DNA of 64,000 nucleotides from Diplonema japonicum (lineage: Eukaryota > Protista > Euglenozoa: Diplonemea). Below the pieces are notes generated by a model. It was not told the origin of the DNA, did not search any database, and saw only the letters and a program-made list of their open reading frames with translations. This document shows positions 59,701-64,000 of the stretch, piece by piece (the first letter of the stretch is position 1; the number at the start of each line of letters is the position of its first letter). The stretch covers positions 576,835 to 640,834 of the forward strand of contig OZ025674.1 in the NCBI GenBank assembly GCA_964019335.1, written 5' to 3'. The position numbers were made by a program, and so were the translations under genes.

Positions 59701-60874
59701 CGATGAGGTGATGGGTCCGATTGGAGTCCTGCGGAACAGATGGCTCCCCTTTCTGGGGAAGGGATGGTCCTTTGTGGCCGACCTGCACGGAGATACAGCG
59801 GTGGCTCACAAAGTGAGGCAAGCCATCAGACCGGCAGTTGCGAAGAGGCTGATCGAGAAGAGATCAACCTTCGTGGGGATGGAGGCAGGGGCGTGCCCGT
59901 CCACGAACTATTGGTGGAAAAAGCTCCAGGCCCGGAGACCGTTGGTGTCCTTTAGGTTGCGGCGCATCATTAGTGGTGCAGTGTTCACGACTCACCCGAG
60001 GGTGTGGGGGAGAAAATTGGATGGCCCTGGTGTGGAAAACCCAGCATTAGCGTGTGACGTTTGCGACCACCGGTCCCAGACAACGACCAGCATGACGGAG
60101 CATGCACTGTGGGAGTGCGAGCCGGCAAGGAGTGTGTTGGAAAGCGAGCAATACGCAGAGGTGAAGCGAGAAGGCCTCCCAGCTGCCACAGCCCTTCACG
60201 GGATAGTCCCAAGAGGAGCCGACAAAGCAGGGAAAGAACGTGCCAGGATGGTGCAACAATACCTCCTGAAAGTAGTGACGGTCCGTGACGCCAGAGCAGC
60301 GGAAAAAAGCAAGAGAGTGCTCACCTCCAACCCTTGGGATGAGGTAACGACAGGGAGGCAACATGATGTTCCGACGGAAGCGTTGCTGAAGGCGAACGGG
60401 GCGTCAGGCGCGGTCCTGACCTTTCATCTGAAGAACGTCCTCAAGTGGCTAAGAGGCCTACGATGGTACGATGGTAAGAAGAAAACTTCCGTCACTACAA
60501 TGGAACTCGCCATAGACTATGAGCAGACCACCCGCCGGTCACTCATAGGTCCCCTCGACGATCAGGACCTGCTCACGGAGAAGGCCGCAAGGATGCGATA
60601 CATCTTGGGTCGCATCCAGAAATGCTCAGCACGCTGTGGAAGGTCAGCCTTCCCCGCCAACGCCAAATCAAGGGAAAGTGCATACCCTTCGACATCTTGG
60701 GGGCCCGACGGCACACGGCTACGACAGGAGACCACTCTTCTCCTCGAGCCAAACCCCCCCCTACCTAGCACGACTCCAAGCAGTGTTTCTCGCCCAGATG
60801 CCGTCCATCTCATCGCGACAAACAGCCACGCAGGCACCAGACAGCAACCGCAGAACGGTGACCGATTAGTGTGA
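56753..60874 (+). CDS. LINE ORF2: AP endonuclease, reverse transcriptase, CCHC zinc finger
   Basis: APE: IITTLNVGSL, CLQEVK, GGVG, AGDFN, RIDYVL. RT: APGVDG, RPITV, QHGFR, LDFVKCFD, GILQGCPIS, YADD. CDVC..H..C. The frame is open directly from the ORF1 TGA. Confidence 0.95.
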   Translation, partial: SADWDVRRDVQSGGARDPDSLIITTLNVGSLSNKVDEVLAMGSDVTCLQEVKLTEHGQEMVGRHVEDDGRYRALWGSPQPGIVVDGLASPDKAKRGGVGLLVQRRRPALVKDTAGRADDNRWVHSMINLDGRDMWLHLIVVYCHSGGHGKHQREALLDKVLNKMRCVLGDVPIIVAGDFNTAVSQSGVLQQAVGSDWVDAAMLQAERDGVEPCHTFARQATNTKTRIDYVLLNPIAAAGLQKVWVHDAVYTNEHRCLSIQLRIPALKCMTRKYFVPRELPMEAADGDRVAELLQVGGFAQKLGDGDIDDAYSTLACVSEECCIGDLPAVRRRAYVGRSVARQPKEKCLSAKSVVEATGAAVGWQKCIAEVKRKVSHILAGVQDLLDRGLASNMPEQLLRTWANAIKVLAKLPQLPRCEVGLMKDNFETIIIKLQRLDDDLSALARVIAKDARVERERKYEERINTHFKEERKRVTAFVKGTTASATQAVEGDGVLTADLEEMDKMMHKEWDPIFQLYGGDRGEPQYNAFRTRYREYIVSQKMELRPLTGEDLRAVLAKKSTRTAPGVDGWRMAELRAMPVVLLDAWAELFNAVETTGKWPKALLTALVTLIPKGGERTPLNHRPITVTSAVYRLWACARLRDITLWQEKWIDDSQHGFRPKRGTDSILMELSTQLEEALLTGTPLNGIALDFVKCFDRVPQQIAFGLMQDLGLHERILTPLKAMYANLKRRFRFPTGVGSEFRVTNGILQGCPISVIMVNALVSVMVKCVMTEVPGAWSLSYADDVYLLARLAEVLTRATNKVIEFGDRTEMRLNGKKSQGFSTKNEIGPSLVCTGSSFKVAREIKSLGVNLSMDGNHRLDKLDAAEGRLTRLGALPLGFENKSTMLTSTVLPSCLYGATYAAPSDDQLKKMCTAAVVSLWGPQFGMRNPVSVLSVLLPGHTAHPLSKVIYGTINSLVRESLASPRLRQRVGEIIGLYQDRDDDEVMGPIGVLRNRWLPFLGKGWSFVADLHGDTAVAHKVRQAIRPAVAKRLIEKRSTFVGMEAGACPSTNYWWKKLQARRPLVSFRLRRIISGAVFTTHPRVWGRKLDGPGVENPALACDVCDHRSQTTTSMTEHALWECEPARSVLESEQYAEVKREGLPAATALHGIVPRGADKAGKERARMVQQYLLKVVTVRDARAAEKSKRVLTSNPWDEVTTGRQHDVPTEALLKANGASGAVLTFHLKNVLKWLRGLRWYDGKKKTSVTTMELAIDYEQTTRRSLIGPLDDQDLLTEKAARMRYILGRIQKCSARCGRSAFPANAKSRESAYPSTSWGPDGTRLRQETTLLLEPNPPLPSTTPSSVSRPDAVHLIATNSHAGTRQQPQNGDRLV

Positions 60875-60921
60875 ATTTCTACCTGAACAGTGAGCACCCC
60901 CATGCACACTGAAATTTTATC

Positions 60922-60924
<3 letters not shown>

Positions 60925-60973
<49 letters not shown>
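60925..60973 (+). repeat. Poly(T)49 tract at the LINE 3' end
   Basis: Seen directly, 50 nt after the ORF2 stop. Confidence 0.9.
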
Positions 60974-61994
60974 CCCGCACCCAAAAGGGGTGCCAAAATG
61001 GGGCTGGACGGACGCAGATGCCTACAGGGGGTTTTTGTAAGTTTGAAAACCGAAAATTCCGGATGCAAATTTGGCTCCGCGGTGTTCTTGGTGTTCAGGC
61101 TCCCTGTCTGCCAGGGCTGGCCCACCATGGCTGTTTTCACCGCCTTCTTTGGGGCCGTAGGTCTTTCAATTACTCCCTAAACTCCTTCTCCTTGGCTTTT
61201 TTTCTTGGCGTCCGCCGTAAAAATGGTGATATTTTGATAAACGAGAGAGGTATGTATGGGGAAAAAGTGCATGCTCAGTGTTGGGGGGGGGTCCGGAATA
61301 GTGATTTTATCCGCCTCTTTTCACCCATGGGACGGAAAAGCCCCCGCCTTGCCGATCGCGATGGAAGACACGGTTTATGGTTCCCATGCCCCCCACCGGA
61401 TCGTCTTCTACTCCTCTTTTCACTTTTTTTTATTTTTTTACTAGTAAATTAAAACTTCTCTAACAAGGCGGGAGAAAAAAAAAATCTGGCATGCACAAAA
61501 AAGTGGTGATAAAGATTCGAGTTCGTGAATCACTTATCGATAGAGGAGAAAAAGGTCTCTTTCTTCTCTTTAATTTTTCTCTTTTTCAAACCTCCTTTGA
61601 TGATAAAATAAAAATTTAAAATTTGGTTGCCGTTCTCTTTCCTTGTTTTTCCTTTTATTTTCTCGGCGAACCTGATGCAAAATATAATAAACTAGGGAGG
61701 AATGAATCTTTTCTTTTCTTTTCTTTTTTTTTTTTCGAGGGGGGGTAGGGTTGGGAGAAAGAAAATAAAGAAAAGAAAAATAAAAAGAAAATAAAAGATA
61801 TATGAATTGAAGGGAGTCTTTGTGAGACGCCCTCTCGTCCTCTTCGTCTTCCTGCACCTTTCCCCTTTCTGCAGCGGTTTCTCCTCCGTTGGTGGTCTTG
61901 CCGTCCTTCCCCAGCCCGGCCTGAAAAAAAGAAAAAATTTGGGAAGGCTTCCATAGGTCACCAGCTATGGAAGCCCGCCTGATAAACCCACCCG

Positions 61995-62112
61995 TCAGCG
62001 AACAAGCTGTAGAAGGAAAACTTCTAGTTAAACCATAAGATAAAAAATAAAAAAGAATCAACCCAAAACCATCAGCAAACAAGCTGTAGAAGGAAAACTC
62101 CTAGTTAAACCA
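61995..62112. repeat. 41-bp direct repeat, two copies, period 77
   Basis: TCAGC(G/A)AACAAGCTGTAGAAGGAAAACT(T/C)CTAGTTAAACCA at 61995 and 62072. Confidence 0.85.
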
Positions 62113-62253
62113 AAAAGAAAAGAAACGGAAACCCAACAGCAAACATGTTTTAACAAAGGAACTTCAGGGGGAAAACTCCCGGTCCCCTTTTTTTTTTTCT
62201 TTTGCTAACTTTCTTTTTTTTTTTTTTTCCCCTTTGTCGTTTTGTTGTAATGG

Positions 62254-62286
<33 letters not shown>

Positions 62287-62460
62287 ACTGGCCGTTGTTT
62301 GTACGTGCCGGGTAAAACCTGGAGAAGTTTGTCAACCCGAAACACGTTGCCAACGTTCCCCTTTTGTTTAGACAAGTCAAAGACTCGTTCTTGCAAAAAA
62401 AAAAAAAAAAGGGGGGAATTCTAAAGAGGGCTTCCCTCAGGAACCCTTAATGTTGGCTGC

Positions 62461-63988
62461 TCAAGCCCTGGGCCCTTGCGAGCCCAGGGGGGTGGATCGA
62501 CCACCCTGGGGCCCCCTCACATCTCGTTGGACAGGGCCCTTCCCGACCTTAGCGGCGCGTTGGGCCGACTGGGTCTCGTGGGAAGGTACCCTTTTTCTAG
62601 CGACCTTTTCCCCGCCCTCTACCCGGACATCGGGGTTGGAGGTTTCTGGGGTACTGACCTCCGGAGAGAGGCGCCCCCCGCCTTCAGCCCCCAGCACGGG
62701 AGACTGCGACGGACGAGCGGGCGAAGGCTCTCTGTCCACACCGGAGGGGGCCGAATGTGCCTCCATCCCGTCCGACTCGCACAGGTCCGCGGCCATGGAC
62801 ACCACGGGCGCCTCCGGGAACCTCGCCTCTGGAGAGTAGAGCCCTGCACCGCTCGCCCCCGGAATGGGAGATTGCGCCGTTTCGCCTTCCTCCTGCGGCG
62901 GCCTGCTACCCACGGCCAAGGGGGTCAGGGAAGGGGGCGGAACCGCTCCGAACAGCACGCGCATGCCAGCGGCTCGACTCTCTTACGTCCAGCTGGCCGC
63001 GACCCTTCTTCACTTTTGGGGTCCGCTGGGCGGACTGAGCCTCATTCGAGGGCACCCTCTTCCTCGCCAGACCCCTGTTCCCACTGACCTCCGGCGAATC
63101 AATCTCGAGGGGCTCGGGCGCGGTCCCGTCCACCACCGCCGCTCCCGTCTGGATGGGGGGCTCATTAGCTTCACCTTCCGCCTGGGCAGGGGACTCCCCT
63201 CCTTCCTCCTGGATGTGGGACTCATCACCCTCCGACTGAGTAGGGGATTCGCTATCCTCCACCTGGATGCTGGATCCACTGCCCTCCGTCTGAGTGGGGG
63301 ACTCACCCACCTCCGCCTGGGTGGGAGACCCAGCCTCCTCCTCCTGGGCGGGGAGCTCCCGGACATGGGACTCACCACCCTCCGCCTGGATAGGGGGTTC
63401 GACGCCTTCCGACTGGATGGGGGACTCCTCCTCCCCGTCCGCCTCGAAGAGAACCCGCGCCACGTAAACTTCGTCTGACTCTAGTTGGACTGGGAACCAG
63501 GGGCGGACCGCAGGCCCCCTGACGTCCAGCAACGCTGGGTGCCTCTGTACCTTGGGATCCCTCTGGGCGGACAGGGCCTCGTTGGACGGGACCCTCTTCC
63601 TCACCAGGCTTTCCCCGATGGCTCCCACAAGCGTCACGGACGGTGTGTTCCCCGTGCTCCTGGCCTCCGGAGAGCCTGACTCACGGTCTCCCCCAAGCCT
63701 TGCCCTGTCCCCCTCCGACGAAGGGGGGCCTCGGGCAGCCCCTTCCAACACCGCCGCCACAATGGGGGAGTCGCACCCTCCTCCGAGCACCGACTGGGAG
63801 GCCCTTGGGGTTAGCACCGCCGCTCCCTGTGAGGGTTGTGTCGTCCCCAGGCCGCTTTCTCCCGCGGGTACAGGAGAGAAGACATCCGCCTCCAGGATCG
63901 CCATGATCTGCTCCCTAGAGAACGCGCCCAGCCCGGTCCGCTCCACCTCCTGGCTCACCGCCGCTGGCGCAAACCCGCAAACCCGCAA
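62461..63988 (-). CDS. GC-rich, repeat-built low-complexity ORF(s), probably a frameshifted part of another mobile element
   Basis: Overlapping ORFs 62906-63988 and 62461-62964 share three RKRVPSxExxSAQRxxKV..DVR modules; about ten 27-nt ESPxQxEG repeats at 63149-63448. Confidence 0.5.
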
Positions 63989-64000
63989 ACCCGCAAACCC
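63969..64000. repeat. (GCAAACCC)n 8-mer tandem repeat running off the window edge
   Basis: Four perfect copies. Confidence 0.85.

Larger units (their letters stand above)
54237..60924 (+). mobile_element. Full-length APE-type non-LTR retrotransposon (LINE)
   Basis: SL at the 5' end, ORF1, APE-RT-zinc finger ORF2, short 3' UTR, T49 tract, flanking T(n)CC direct repeat. Confidence 0.92.

Noticed and set aside
60890-62396. F/K-rich ORFs
   Set aside because: Artefacts of poly(T)/poly(A) tracts
63149-63448. CRISPR-like array
   Set aside because: Degenerate contiguous 27-nt coding repeats with no unique spacers, in a eukaryotic context
63969-64000. True telomere
   Set aside because: The unit is not TTAGGG, and the C-rich strand faces the wrong way for a right-hand chromosome end

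Overview
Eukaryotic nuclear DNA, most likely from a diplonemid (Euglenozoa): a complete 39-nt diplonemid/kinetoplastid-type spliced-leader (SL) exon sits at 54237-54275. Bases 1-49,200 hold a dense cluster of about 22 genes, all on the + strand. They are split by miniature (29-50 nt) GT(ATG)..AG introns, so many ORF-track fragments join into larger proteins. These include a ~3,200-aa GPI-anchored surface protein, bestrophin, a CE2 esterase, BUD31, B-box proteins, PPR-like proteins, a GAS2-domain protein, coiled-coil proteins, a CMGC kinase, a CTL transporter, and a globin-PH-CAP-Gly-AGC kinase fusion. Bases 49,200-64,000 are an accessory zone with MITE/hAT-like ends, a Crinkler-type NTPase pseudogene, repeat-rich ORFs and an essentially full-length APE-type LINE (54237-60924). 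Two candidate novel systems stand out. (1) The LINE starts exactly with the host SL and ends in poly(T) with a T(n)CC target duplication. It has an OTU protease domain in ORF1, and ORF1 joins an ATG-less ORF2 in frame through a single UGA followed by two stem-loops, suggesting readthrough. (2) A predicted haem/O2-sensing globin-coupled Akt-like kinase with a CAP-Gly domain. All calls come from manual reading and motif recognition; no searches were run.
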